The notes under the pieces are model-generated. The model saw only the letters and a program-made list of their open reading frames with translations. It did no database searches and was not told where the DNA came from. 64,000 nt of DNA from NCBI GenBank assembly GCA_046538105.1, contig JBKHJO010000005.1:916-64915 (forward strand), written 5' to 3'. The DNA comes from Anaerolineales bacterium. Lineage in GTDB: Bacteria > Chloroflexota > Anaerolineae > UBA1429. Position 1 is the first letter of the stretch, and each line of letters starts with the position of its first letter. The position numbers were made by a program, and so were the translations under genes. Below, piece by piece: positions 1 to 8,865 of the stretch.

Positions 1-806
1 ATTCGCTGAGCCTGTGCCAGTTCCCTCAGGACCTTGATCTCTGTCTTCCTTTGTCGGGTGAGGTGGGGGATGGTGTCCGGGCAAGTGCTTGTGAGAAAGA
101 GTTCCACATCGTTCTCCACGAGATCGTAGCTAATCTCCAGCCGGCCGCCTCGCATGGATCCCAGTAAAAAGTCAAGGATCTCTAACAAAATCTGTCGTGC
201 GGCGTTCTTTTCCACCATGGCAGTCGGGGATGATGGTGGGGCGTCCACGGAGATGCGAACATCCCTCTCTTCTGCCAGATCCTGTGCCAATGCGATCGCG
301 CCGTCGATGACCTCACTTATGGGAGCATACCTTTCGGATTCGGCTGCCTGTGCGGCACTCAGGCGCAGCAATTCCATACGGTCGAGATCGCTTGGCTCGG
401 CCCGTTTGCCTTTCTCCTCGTTCACCACAGAAGAGGAGCCTACATATTTGTCCCACAGCAGCGTGGCGATGCTTTGCACCGCCTCATTGTATGCCCGATA
501 GTAGGTCCGCCTGCTGATGGCCAGGCGATCCGCGACGGCCTCAGGGGTGAGGCCCTCAAGGTGATGGAGCATCATCACACGATGGCGACGCCATGCGTAA
601 CAGGAGGTGGGGGCATCGGGACCTGGATCCAGTGTCTCGATGGCGTCTATCAGTCTATGATGCAACGTCCAGGCCTTTTCCGTGGGGGTTTGGGCCGAAT
701 CCTCGATTAGGAGGGTGATCAGGGGGCTGGTGCGCAGGGCGACGATGTCGTAGAGATGACTATAGGCTGTCGCCACGTGGGCGGTGAACTTGTCCTTGTC
801 TGGCAT
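1..806 (-). CDS. Partial regulator with a sigma-70 region-4-like helix-turn-helix (3' end lies beyond the window edge)
   Basis: Absent from the ORF track because it runs off the window. The reverse-strand frame is open from ATG at 806 (alternative ATG at 815) to position 1. Translation: MPDKDKFTAHVATAYSHLYDIVALRTSPLITLLIEDS...CYAWRRHRVMMLHHLEGLTPEAVADRLAISRRTYYRAYNEAVQSIATLLWDKY... LEGLTPEAVADRLAISRRTYYR is a typical sigma-70 r4/ECF-type HTH. The C-terminal part (...EKNAARQILLEILDFLLGSMRGGRLEISY...) is unassigned. Confidence 0.55.
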   Translation of the reverse strand, partial: MPDKDKFTAHVATAYSHLYDIVALRTSPLITLLIEDSAQTPTEKAWTLHHRLIDAIETLDPGPDAPTSCYAWRRHRVMMLHHLEGLTPEAVADRLAISRRTYYRAYNEAVQSIATLLWDKYVGSSSVVNEEKGKRAEPSDLDRMELLRLSAAQAAESERYAPISEVIDGAIALAQDLAEERDVRISVDAPPSSPTAMVEKNAARQILLEILDFLLGSMRGGRLEISYDLVENDVELFLTSTCPDTIPHLTRQRKTEIKVLRELAQAQR

Positions 807-1118
807 AAGCAGCATCCCAAGATGGCACAGTTTGGCACAATGATGGCGCTAGGACTATTGATTATGTAAGCGACGGCGTTTGATAATATAAAGTGCAGAG
901 GGGGAATGAACCACACATTACCCATTTTACCTTTTTTGTGGGACGGCGTCAAAGAACCGCAAATCTGTGGCGATATGGTGATGAAAGGGCGCTTCTGTGA
1001 TCGTGTGCGGGCTGGGGTCGTCTTTTGTATCAAGGAAAGGAGGGGAATCGGAGGCTTTCGACGTTTCTCTTGTGACCGTTGTGTAATTCAAAGAGGAATT
1101 TGGAACAGGAGGGAGAGA

Positions 1119-2564
1119 ATGAAATCTGTGATGAGTCGTAGGGAATTGCTTCGCTACTTGACGGCGGGATCGGCTGGGGTAGCACTTGCGGCCTGCCAGC
1201 CAAAGGTTGTGGAGAAGGAGGTGGAAAAGGTAGTAACGAAGGAGGTGGAGAAGGTCGTTAAGGAGGAGGTGGAGGTCGAGAAGGAGGTCACACGCGTCGT
1301 CGAGAAGGAGGTGGAGGCGGCGCCTGAGGAGCAGGTGGAGATACGCATTCACACCAACCAGGGCGATCAATGGTATGGCTGGATGAAGGAGGCCTGGGAT
1401 AATAATGTGGCCGGTTGGTGCAGCGAACATCCCAACATCACTCTAGAATTCGAGCCTGTGGCCGGTTGGACCGCTGATTATTTTCCCAAGATATTCACCC
1501 ACGTGGCCGCAGGTACCCTGGGCGATATCGTTTGGTATCCTCCGCGCCACCGTAACCATATCAGTTGGGGCATAGAGTATGATATCGTCCGCGATCTGAT
1601 GCCCCTGGTCGAGGCGGATGGTTATGATCTTGGTCAGTTCTATCCGGGCGTCGTCGAATCGTCCAGTTGGGAGGGGGAGTTCTTCTGGATGCCCATCACC
1701 TCCGAGCCCTCCTGCCCCGTGATCGCCTACAATGTGGATATGGTTGAGGAAATGGGACTGCCCGAGCCCCAGAATGACTGGGATTACATGCAGTTGACCG
1801 ATTGGGCGGTAGAGGGGACGACGGACAAAGTATGGGGATATCATGTGGGCCACATGAGTCCGGCTCCCATCGCCTGCACACCGCAGTATCGCCAGTTTGG
1901 AGCCAAGATGGTCTCCGATGATGGAAAGACGGTATTGCCCGATGACGCCTCCAAGGAGGCCGTGGCGAGGGTTCTACAGTGGCGTCACGATCTGATCTAT
2001 GACCACGGAACCATGCCGGAGCCAGACCCTGAGTTCGATGCGGGTGATGTATTTGTAGCCGAAAGGATACTTTCCTTCACCATCTGGCCCGTTTTCATCA
2101 ACCGCCTGCCCGCTACGCTTGTTGGGGACAAGTTTGATGTGGGCTTTTTCTACGCGCCGCTCGATGAGCAGGGCGCAGAGCGTCGCAATATGCTGAACGA
2201 ACACGTACACGGGCTCACGACTGCCTCGGAGCATCCCGAGGAAGGGTTCGAGTATCTTAAATGGCATTCGAGCCTGGAGTTCTGTGTGCAGGGTTTGCTC
2301 TCGGGCAAGGGGGCTCCCGTGGGACGGCCTGATTTGTTCGAGGATGAGCGGGCTCTCAAGATCTTTCCTGGCCTAGAACTCCTTGAGCCGATCATGGCCG
2401 AGATCGAACCCGATTTCTTTGTGGGTAACTTTCGCGGTGAGGAATTCGACAGTGAATGGATTGCTCAGACTGATCTGCTCCTGTTGGACAAGATCAGTGC
2501 CGAGGAAGCGGTTGATAAGATGGTGGAGAACTGTCAGGCTGTGTTGGATAAGGAGCCGGCTTAG
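1119..2564 (+). CDS. ABC transporter extracellular solute-binding lipoprotein (family 1, sugar type)
   Basis: Internal ATG at 1119 (codon 72 of ORF 906..2564) is preceded by GGAGGGAGAG. MKSVMSRRELLRYLTAGSAGVALAAC reads as a Tat-like signal plus lipobox Cys. The body resembles sugar SBPs. Two MalF/MalG-type permease genes follow. Confidence 0.85.
   Translation: MKSVMSRRELLRYLTAGSAGVALAACQPKVVEKEVEKVVTKEVEKVVKEEVEVEKEVTRVVEKEVEAAPEEQVEIRIHTNQGDQWYGWMKEAWDNNVAGWCSEHPNITLEFEPVAGWTADYFPKIFTHVAAGTLGDIVWYPPRHRNHISWGIEYDIVRDLMPLVEADGYDLGQFYPGVVESSSWEGEFFWMPITSEPSCPVIAYNVDMVEEMGLPEPQNDWDYMQLTDWAVEGTTDKVWGYHVGHMSPAPIACTPQYRQFGAKMVSDDGKTVLPDDASKEAVARVLQWRHDLIYDHGTMPEPDPEFDAGDVFVAERILSFTIWPVFINRLPATLVGDKFDVGFFYAPLDEQGAERRNMLNEHVHGLTTASEHPEEGFEYLKWHSSLEFCVQGLLSGKGAPVGRPDLFEDERALKIFPGLELLEPIMAEIEPDFFVGNFRGEEFDSEWIAQTDLLLLDKISAEEAVDKMVENCQAVLDKEPA
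1206..1316 (+). repeat. Low-complexity V/E/K linker (VVEKEVEKVVTKEVEKVVKEEVEVEKEVTRVVEKEVE) encoded by imperfect GAAGGAGGTGGA-type tandem repeats
   Basis: Seen directly in residues 30-66 of the SBP, just after the lipobox Cys. The DNA is a run of GGAGGTGGAGAAGG-like units. Confidence 0.8.
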
Positions 2565-2692
2565 ATCCCTGTTTTGGTATGCGCAGTCGGAAGGTGCCCG
2601 TATTCGGGCACCTTCCGAGGAGTGAGTTGTTTGCAGGATACTCCATGCTTTACTTGGATTGATGCATTTGAGAGAAAGGAGGGGAGAGGCAG

Positions 2693-3640
2693 ATGGCTTC
2701 TTCTGCAACTGTGGAGGCCCTGCGTTTGAAGGAGCAAGGGATGTCTGCACGGGAGCGCAGGCAGGCGCTCTATGGCTATGCTTTCCTGTCGCCATGGCTC
2801 ATTGGCTTTTTTGTTTTCACAGCCTTTCCCATTTTGGGGTCCATAGCCCTGAGTTTCACTCGATATAGCGTTCTGCGCCCTCCTGGAATCATCGGGCTGA
2901 AGAACTTTCGGCATGCCCTGCTTGGAGGAGATGATCTGATGTGGCCCTCCATCGGGCGTTCCTTTTATTTTGCGCTGTTGGCGGTGCCCACCGGCTTGGC
3001 GGCTTCATTGATTCTGGCGGTGCTGCTGAACCAGAATCTGCAGTTGGTGAGCATATGGCGTACCTTTTATTTTCTTCCCACCTTGACCCCGTCAGTGGCC
3101 GCGGCTTACATATGGAGTTGGTTGTTGAACTCCCAGATAGGCGTTTTTAAGATGTTCTTTGATTTTATGGGGATTCCTATGCCCAACTGGCTGGGCAGCA
3201 TGGAGTGGGCGATTCCCTCCCTGGTCATGATCAACCTGTGGGTCACGGCGGGAGGTGCGTCGATGATCATCTTTCTCGCAGGACTTCAGGATATTCCCAT
3301 CGAACTCGTAGAGGCGGCCGAGATCGATGGGGCAGGACGATGGCACAAGTTCTGGAACATCACCTTGCCCCTGCTGAGTCCCGTCATCTTTTTCAATATG
3401 ATTATGGGCGTCATTGGAGCCTTGCAAGTCTTTGACATAGCCTTTGTCGCGACGGCGGGCGGACCGTCGTACGCCACGTGGTTTATCTCGCTGCATATCT
3501 ATCGCACGGCTTTCATGCACTTTGACATGGGCTATGCTGCCGCTCTAGCCTGGATCCTTGCTGTCATCATCATCACGTTGACCATGTTGCAGTTTCGCCT
3601 GTCCGAGCGATGGGTATTCTATCAGGGGGAGGTACGATGA
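2693..3640 (+). CDS. ABC sugar transporter permease (MalF/UgpA-like)
   Basis: RRQALYGYAFLSPWLIGFFVFTAFPILGSIALSFT N-terminus, multiple TM segments and an EAA-type loop (VEAAEIDGAGRWHKFWNITLPLLSP). Alternative start at 2741. Confidence 0.85.
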   Translation: MASSATVEALRLKEQGMSARERRQALYGYAFLSPWLIGFFVFTAFPILGSIALSFTRYSVLRPPGIIGLKNFRHALLGGDDLMWPSIGRSFYFALLAVPTGLAASLILAVLLNQNLQLVSIWRTFYFLPTLTPSVAAAYIWSWLLNSQIGVFKMFFDFMGIPMPNWLGSMEWAIPSLVMINLWVTAGGASMIIFLAGLQDIPIELVEAAEIDGAGRWHKFWNITLPLLSPVIFFNMIMGVIGALQVFDIAFVATAGGPSYATWFISLHIYRTAFMHFDMGYAAALAWILAVIIITLTMLQFRLSERWVFYQGEVR

Positions 3641-4554
3641 TGGTCACAGAAGCGGAGAGGGTACAGAGTTTGTCCCAGGAGACGGAGGCAAGCATCCTCG
3701 ACAGGGTCAGGGTGGACAGGATCCTTCTCTATATGGTGGTGGCTTTGGGCAGTGCCATCTTTATGTTTCCTTTTATGTGGGCTCTTATCAGTTCAGGGAA
3801 GAGCGCCCAAGAGATCGCCACCTATCCTCCCACCTGGTGGCCCAAGGAGATGCTGTTCGTCAGGAACTACACTGAACTTTTTATGGAAAATCCCTTTCTC
3901 CTCTGGCTCTGGAACTCGACGGTGGTGACGGCATTTAACCTGTTGGGCACCGTCATCTCGGCCTCGATTGTGGCCTATGCCTTTGCCCGCTTTAAATTTC
4001 CAGGGCGGGATATCTGGTTCTTTATCATGCTCTCGACGATGATGATCCCTTTTTATGTGACACTTGTTCCCACTTATCTTATCTTTCATGCGTTCGGATG
4101 GATTGACACCTTTAAACCACTTTGGGTGCCAGCCTGGTTCGGGGGCGGGGCGTTCAACATCTTTTTGTTGCGCCAGTTTTACCTGGGTATCCCCCTGGAT
4201 CTGGATGAGGCGGCAGAGATCGATGGCGCGGGCCCCGTGCGCATCTTTCTGACCGTCATGTTGCCCCTTTCCAAACCGGCCATAGGGACGGTAGCGGCTT
4301 TGGGATTCATCTCTACCTGGAGCAATTTCATGGGGCCTTTGATCTATCTTAACGATCCCGAAAAGATGACGGCCACACTGGGTTTGCGGTACTTTGCCTT
4401 AGGTACCACGAGCGCACAGTTGTCTGCGGGCCCCCCAAAAGATCATTTGTTGATGGCTGCCAGTATCGTGGTCGCCCTGCCCTGTCTGATACTCTTCTTC
4501 TTCGCGCAGAGATACTTTATTCAGGGTATCGCCACGACGGGGATAAAAGGATAG
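3637..4554 (+). CDS. ABC sugar transporter permease (MalG/UgpE-like)
   Basis: The ATG at 3637 overlaps the upstream stop (ATGA). EAA loop DEAAEIDGAGPVRIFLTVMLPLSKPA. Six predicted TM stretches. Confidence 0.85.
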   Translation: MMVTEAERVQSLSQETEASILDRVRVDRILLYMVVALGSAIFMFPFMWALISSGKSAQEIATYPPTWWPKEMLFVRNYTELFMENPFLLWLWNSTVVTAFNLLGTVISASIVAYAFARFKFPGRDIWFFIMLSTMMIPFYVTLVPTYLIFHAFGWIDTFKPLWVPAWFGGGAFNIFLLRQFYLGIPLDLDEAAEIDGAGPVRIFLTVMLPLSKPAIGTVAALGFISTWSNFMGPLIYLNDPEKMTATLGLRYFALGTTSAQLSAGPPKDHLLMAASIVVALPCLILFFFAQRYFIQGIATTGIKG

Positions 4555-4625
4555 AAGTATCCTGCTGGAGAGGAAGCGTGGTTGGTCAGAGATTGCTCAT
4601 GACCAGCCACGCTTTTCTTATATCG

Positions 4626-5219
4626 CTACACCCGGACGAGGTACTTGCTGGCCGCCCAGAGGTAAACGCCGTCGATGGAGACCTGGGTCCATTGCAGGCC
4701 GCTGCCCCATCGCGTGGCGCCCGTGGGTCGCAGGACGGTGCCATAGGGCACGATGCGTCGCGTATAGTACCCGAGGCCGGGGCCGGATCGCAGGCGCAGA
4801 CCGGCACTGGCGACGACCTTTACGCCGCCTTCGTCCGAGGGAGCACCTCCGCCGTAATTTGCCAAATAGGTACCAGCGCAGAATCCCTCATAGGTGTATC
4901 CCCAGCGGCGGACGCGGACAAACGTCCAGGGGATGCCCTGTCGCCAGACGGGTCCCCCTGCCGGATAGACCGTCTCCCCGTTTCTCAATACGAGGATGAT
5001 GCGGTCGCTCAGGCTGGGACCCTCTCGCAGGCGAAGGCCATACGCTGCCCTTACCGTTGTCGGTGTCCCCTCGATGGGTGGGGCAGCCACCGTGGGTGGT
5101 GCGTCTCCATCGCCGTCTGGTGGGACGGGTGGGGCCGCCTGCACACTCAACGGCGCCAGGAGCAGTGCCACCACAAGCGCGACGACGGCCAGGATATGTG
5201 TAGATCTCTGTCTGTTCAT
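4626..5219 (-). CDS. Secreted protein with two SH3b-like repeats
   Basis: Signal peptide MNRQRSTHILAVVALVVALLLAPLSVQA. Two similar units follow: LRLREGPSLSDRIILVLRNGETVY... and LRLRSGPGLGYYTRRIVPYGTVL...W.QV. No catalytic domain is evident. Confidence 0.6.
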   Translation of the reverse strand: MNRQRSTHILAVVALVVALLLAPLSVQAAPPVPPDGDGDAPPTVAAPPIEGTPTTVRAAYGLRLREGPSLSDRIILVLRNGETVYPAGGPVWRQGIPWTFVRVRRWGYTYEGFCAGTYLANYGGGAPSDEGGVKVVASAGLRLRSGPGLGYYTRRIVPYGTVLRPTGATRWGSGLQWTQVSIDGVYLWAASKYLVRV

Positions 5220-5432
5220 CTCCCTCTCCTTTCTCTATCGCAGAGATGGCACCTATGGTAGATTTTGCGTTCTTCCAGGCGCTCGAGTTCTTTTATCAGT
5301 ATAGGATGGCTTTCTCTGCTCTACACTGTCCAGTATAGCATCTTGTTATGAGATGTGCAACATCTTTTTGAGTTTTTCGGAGTTGATGCTCTGATTCACA
5401 TTGTCCGTGAGACTGAACTCGTTGGGAAATGC

Positions 5433-5461
5433 TTGCGCCCTATCCCTCTCCGTGCTAGAAT
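5433..5461 (+). promoter_or_regulatory. Candidate sigma-70 promoter (TTGCGC-17-TGcTAGAAT, extended -10) for the sulfatase gene
   Basis: Hexamers read directly from the sequence, about 36 nt upstream of the GTG start at 5497. Confidence 0.3.
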
Positions 5462-5496
5462 GATTGAGGTAGCGGGATTATGGGGGGACGAGATTC

Positions 5497-6930
5497 GTGG
5501 CTGAGAAGAGACCGAACATATTGTGGATCTGTACCGATCAGCAACGCTACGATACCATTCATGCGCTGGGGAACGGGCACATCCGCACACCCAATCTGGA
5601 TCGCCTGATCGCGGAGGGGGCGGCGTTCACGAGTGCCTATTGTCAGAGTCCCGTCTGTACGCCGAGTCGGGCCTCGTTTTTAACGGGGCGTTATCCGAGT
5701 ACGGTGCACGTGAATCGCAACGGTAATGCGTACTTTCCCGAGGATGTGGAATTGATTACCAGGAGGCTGGCCGACGTGGGTTACGATTGTGGTCTGGCAG
5801 GAAAACTGCATCTTTCGGCCGCTGATGGCCGGGTGGAGGTGCGGCCGGACGATGGATATCGGCTGTTTCGCTGGAGTCACCATCCCAAACCCGAGGATTA
5901 CTGGCCAACAGAGAAACACGATTATCAGAAGTGGCTTTCTGACGAGGGTATCGATTGGGACGAAGCCTATGGGGGCGAGACGCCCGATGGCTCGGCGTTG
6001 CAGGGAAGTTATAGGCCTGGCATAGATGCCGCCCATCATCAGACCACATGGTGCGCCGAGGAGGCCATCGCCTTTATGGAAAAGGAGCGGGAAGGCCCCT
6101 GGCTTATGAGCGTGAATCCTTTCGATCCTCATCCTCCTTTTGATCCCCCTGCCAAGTATTTGGAGCGCATGGATGTGGAGGCCATGCCCTTGCCCCTCTT
6201 CCGCCTGGAAGAGCTGGAGAGCCAACTCGATTTTCAAGATATCGATCATCAGACGGAATTGCCCCGTTCCCCCTATGACTATGACGCGCGGCTGATGGTG
6301 GCGGCGTATTATGCCCAGATAGAGTTGATCGATCGGCAGGTGGGGCGCATGCTGGATGCCCTGGAGGCATCTGGGCAGCGGGATAATACCATTGTCATCT
6401 TTATGAGCGATCACGGCGAGATGCTGGGAGACCACGGGTTGTTGCTCAAGGGATGTCGCTTTTACGAAGGCGCGGTGCATGTTCCCCTGGTGATCTCCTG
6501 GCCGGGGCATTTCAAGGAGGGGCTGCGGAGCGAGGCGCTTGTGGAGTTGACGGATATCGTTCCCACCCTTTATGAGGCGTTATCCCTGAACGTACCCGAG
6601 AATGTCCGGGGGGTATCCCTGCTGCCCATTCTTGTGGGACAACACAATCCGGGCATCCACCGTGATGCGGTACGTTGCGAGTACCACGATGCGCTGGCGC
6701 GACCCCATGCCAGCCATGCCAATATGCTTTTCGATGGTCGCTACAAGTTGATCGTCTACCATGGTCATGAGGTGGGCGAATTGTACGATCTTGAAGAGGA
6801 CCCCCAAGAGTTCTACAATCTATGGGAGGATGTCGAGTTCAAGGATCTGAAATACGAACTGATAAAAGATCTTTTTGACAGGGTCATGTTGGCTACAGAT
6901 CTTGGACAGCCCCGGGTGGGGCGGTTCTAG
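5497..6930 (+). CDS. Cys-type sulfatase (arylsulfatase A family)
   Basis: PNILWICTDQQRYD metal-site motif and the formylglycine signature C-T-P-S-R in SPVCTPSRASFLTGRYP. Later IVIFMSDHGEMLGDHG. Confidence 0.85.
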   Translation: MAEKRPNILWICTDQQRYDTIHALGNGHIRTPNLDRLIAEGAAFTSAYCQSPVCTPSRASFLTGRYPSTVHVNRNGNAYFPEDVELITRRLADVGYDCGLAGKLHLSAADGRVEVRPDDGYRLFRWSHHPKPEDYWPTEKHDYQKWLSDEGIDWDEAYGGETPDGSALQGSYRPGIDAAHHQTTWCAEEAIAFMEKEREGPWLMSVNPFDPHPPFDPPAKYLERMDVEAMPLPLFRLEELESQLDFQDIDHQTELPRSPYDYDARLMVAAYYAQIELIDRQVGRMLDALEASGQRDNTIVIFMSDHGEMLGDHGLLLKGCRFYEGAVHVPLVISWPGHFKEGLRSEALVELTDIVPTLYEALSLNVPENVRGVSLLPILVGQHNPGIHRDAVRCEYHDALARPHASHANMLFDGRYKLIVYHGHEVGELYDLEEDPQEFYNLWEDVEFKDLKYELIKDLFDRVMLATDLGQPRVGRF

Positions 6931-6990
6931 GCTGAGATTGTTTGGTTCGGTCTATGGTGTGTGAGCATCTATATCATATGGAGGGAAACG

Positions 6991-7746
6991 ATGTATATTG
7001 ACGCAGATTGTCATATTTCCGCGCGTGAGGACGGTAACGGTATAGGCATTGACGAACTGCTTTCTCAACTGGACCAAGTGGGGGTGGAAAGGGCCGTTTG
7101 TTGGCCCATGGTCTCCTATACCCGAGAGATGGCGGCTGATAATGAGACCATCTACGAGGGGATGAAGGCATATCCCGAACGGATCATCGGTTTTGGGGGC
7201 GTCAATCCCCTGCTCGGCTTGGAAAAGGCCGAGGACGAATTGCGGCGATGCATAGAGGTATATGGTTTCAAGGGAGTGAAGCTCAACGGGGCCCGGGATG
7301 GCTATTATATCGACGATCCCCAGTTGAGCCTTCCCCTTGTGGAGATGATCGCTGATGCCGGTCTCGTACTGGCGTTCCATTGTGGTTCCAACGATTTTGA
7401 GAAGACACATCCCTTTCGCATTGCCAAAATATCAGAGACCTATCCCGATCTGCCCATCATGGTGATCCATATGGGCGGTGCGGGTCAGCCACACCTGCAC
7501 GATGCGACCATCGAATTTGCCAAAGAGTATCCCCAATGGTATCTGGTCGATTCCGAGGCCGATTATCGCAAGGTCATCGAAGCCGTGGATGTTTTGGGTG
7601 CCGACCGCGTCTGCTATGGGAGCGATACGCCCTTTTGTCCCATGCGCTTCGAGTGGGGCATCAGGCAGGTGATATATCAGGATCTGGGGGAAAAAGAAAA
7701 AGCCCAGGTGCTTGGTGCTAATATGGCTGACCTGTTCGAGTTGTAG
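6991..7746 (+). CDS. Amidohydrolase-2 family metal-dependent hydrolase
   Basis: The ATG at 6991 follows GGAGGG. MYIDADCHIS (H-x-H-like start), ...VIHMGG..., ...VCYGSDTPF, typical of the PF04909-type TIM-barrel hydrolases. Confidence 0.7.
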   Translation: MYIDADCHISAREDGNGIGIDELLSQLDQVGVERAVCWPMVSYTREMAADNETIYEGMKAYPERIIGFGGVNPLLGLEKAEDELRRCIEVYGFKGVKLNGARDGYYIDDPQLSLPLVEMIADAGLVLAFHCGSNDFEKTHPFRIAKISETYPDLPIMVIHMGGAGQPHLHDATIEFAKEYPQWYLVDSEADYRKVIEAVDVLGADRVCYGSDTPFCPMRFEWGIRQVIYQDLGEKEKAQVLGANMADLFEL

Positions 7747-7835
7747 GTTTTTTCTACCGATGGGGATATCCTGCCGCGAGGATATCCCCATTGCCATGTG
7801 GTATCTTGTTCTTTGTGTGTGAGGGAATGACGAAC

Positions 7836-8822
7836 ATGCTTTTGGTGGCCGATATCGGGGCGACGAAAACCAATCTGGCGATCTTTTCTCAGGGAGATGG
7901 CCCCCGGAATCCCCTGGCCGAGGCCTCTTTTCCCAGTGAGGGTTATGAGGGGCTGGAGGACGTGGTGCGCGAATTCCTGCAGGATGTCGATCTTTCAGTG
8001 GATAGAGCCTGTATCGGGGTGGCGGGGCCCGTGATCGATGGGCGTGCACAGGGTACCAACCTGCCCTCCTGGACCATCGACGAGACGGAGGTAAAGAAGG
8101 CGTTGAATCTGTCCTGGGTTCGCGTGTTGAACGATCTTGAGGTGACGGCCAATGCGATACCCATTTTGAACGAGGAGGACGTGGAAGTACTGAACGCGGG
8201 ACGGCCTGTACCTCATGGTCCCATAGGAGTGGTCGCTCCTGGTACCGGGCTTGGAGAAGGTTTTCTTGTGTGGGACGGCTCTCGATATCGAGCCTATGCC
8301 TCCGAGGGGGGACACACCGATTTCGGGCCCAACAGTACACAGGAGAGGGGATTGCTCGCGCATCTGTATGAGCGGTTTGGTCACGTAAGTTATGAGAGGG
8401 TCTGCTCGGGGATGGGCGTCTCCAATATCTATGAGTATCTAAAAGTCAGCGGATATGCCAGCGAACCCGCATGGATGACCAAGTATCTTGAGGGTGTCGA
8501 GGATCGAACGCCTATCATCGTCGAGACGGCCATGGATCCCGAAAAAGAATGTGTCCTCTGCTCAACGGCGCTGGAGATGTTCGTTTCGATTCTGGGAGCC
8601 GAGGCGGGCAACCTTGGCCTCAAACTCATGGCTACCGGCGGTGTCTATTTGGGGGGAGGTATCCCGCCGCGCATTCTGCCCGCCCTGAAGGGGAATACGT
8701 TTATGGAGGGATTCTTGAACAAGGGGCGTATGAGATACGTGGTGGAAAAGATTCCCGCGTATGTCATTCTAACTCCCGATGCACCCCTCTGGGGGGCGGC
8801 GTATTACGGCCTTGAGATGTGA
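7836..8822 (+). CDS. glk: Glucokinase (Glk family)
   Basis: MLLVADIGATKTNLAIFS, IGVAGPV, APGTGLGEGFL, EGGHTDFGP, GHVSYERVCSGMG and GGVYLGGGI all parallel E. coli Glk. Alternative start at 7827. Confidence 0.85.
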   Translation: MLLVADIGATKTNLAIFSQGDGPRNPLAEASFPSEGYEGLEDVVREFLQDVDLSVDRACIGVAGPVIDGRAQGTNLPSWTIDETEVKKALNLSWVRVLNDLEVTANAIPILNEEDVEVLNAGRPVPHGPIGVVAPGTGLGEGFLVWDGSRYRAYASEGGHTDFGPNSTQERGLLAHLYERFGHVSYERVCSGMGVSNIYEYLKVSGYASEPAWMTKYLEGVEDRTPIIVETAMDPEKECVLCSTALEMFVSILGAEAGNLGLKLMATGGVYLGGGIPPRILPALKGNTFMEGFLNKGRMRYVVEKIPAYVILTPDAPLWGAAYYGLEM

Positions 8823-8865
8823 GGGTGTCCATTGAGGAGTTTAGTGTGTTGTAGGAGGCGGAAGA

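Noticed and set aside
154-710. Plus-strand ORFs 154..501 and 474..710
   Set aside because: They lie antisense to a continuous, motif-bearing minus-strand frame (the sigma-r4-like regulator). Their translations are Ala/Ser/Arg-rich with no recognisable motifs or RBS.
823-839. TGGCACA-N3-TGGCACA direct repeat resembling a sigma-54 -24/-12 element
   Set aside because: The GG-to-GC spacing is one nucleotide short of the TGGCAC-N5-TTGC consensus and the -12 TTGC is not matched. It may still be an operator, but I cannot support a sigma-54 promoter call.
906-1118. N-terminal 71-codon extension of the solute-binding protein ORF
   Set aside because: The extension (MNHTLPILPFLWDG...) has no signal-peptide character. 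The internal ATG at 1119 has a strong RBS and starts a Tat/lipobox signal.
4578-5261. 227-aa plus-strand ORF opposite the SH3b protein gene
   Set aside because: The minus-strand frame has a clean signal peptide and two internally similar SH3b-like repeats. The plus-strand product is low-complexity and motif-free.
5330-5375. Small hairpin AGATGT-GCA-ACATCT followed by a T-run on the plus strand
   Set aside because: The stem is only 6 bp. No plus-strand gene ends nearby, since the upstream neighbour is on the minus strand. It is likely fortuitous.
5680-6510. 276-aa minus-strand ORF inside the first sulfatase gene. The same applies to 7432..8340, 22624..23376, 26746..27522, 39477..40205, 40435..41082, 60197..60937 and 60942..61520
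   Set aside because: These are shadow ORFs antisense to genes with strong family motifs. Such ORFs are typical of GC-rich coding DNA. None has an RBS or recognisable domains.
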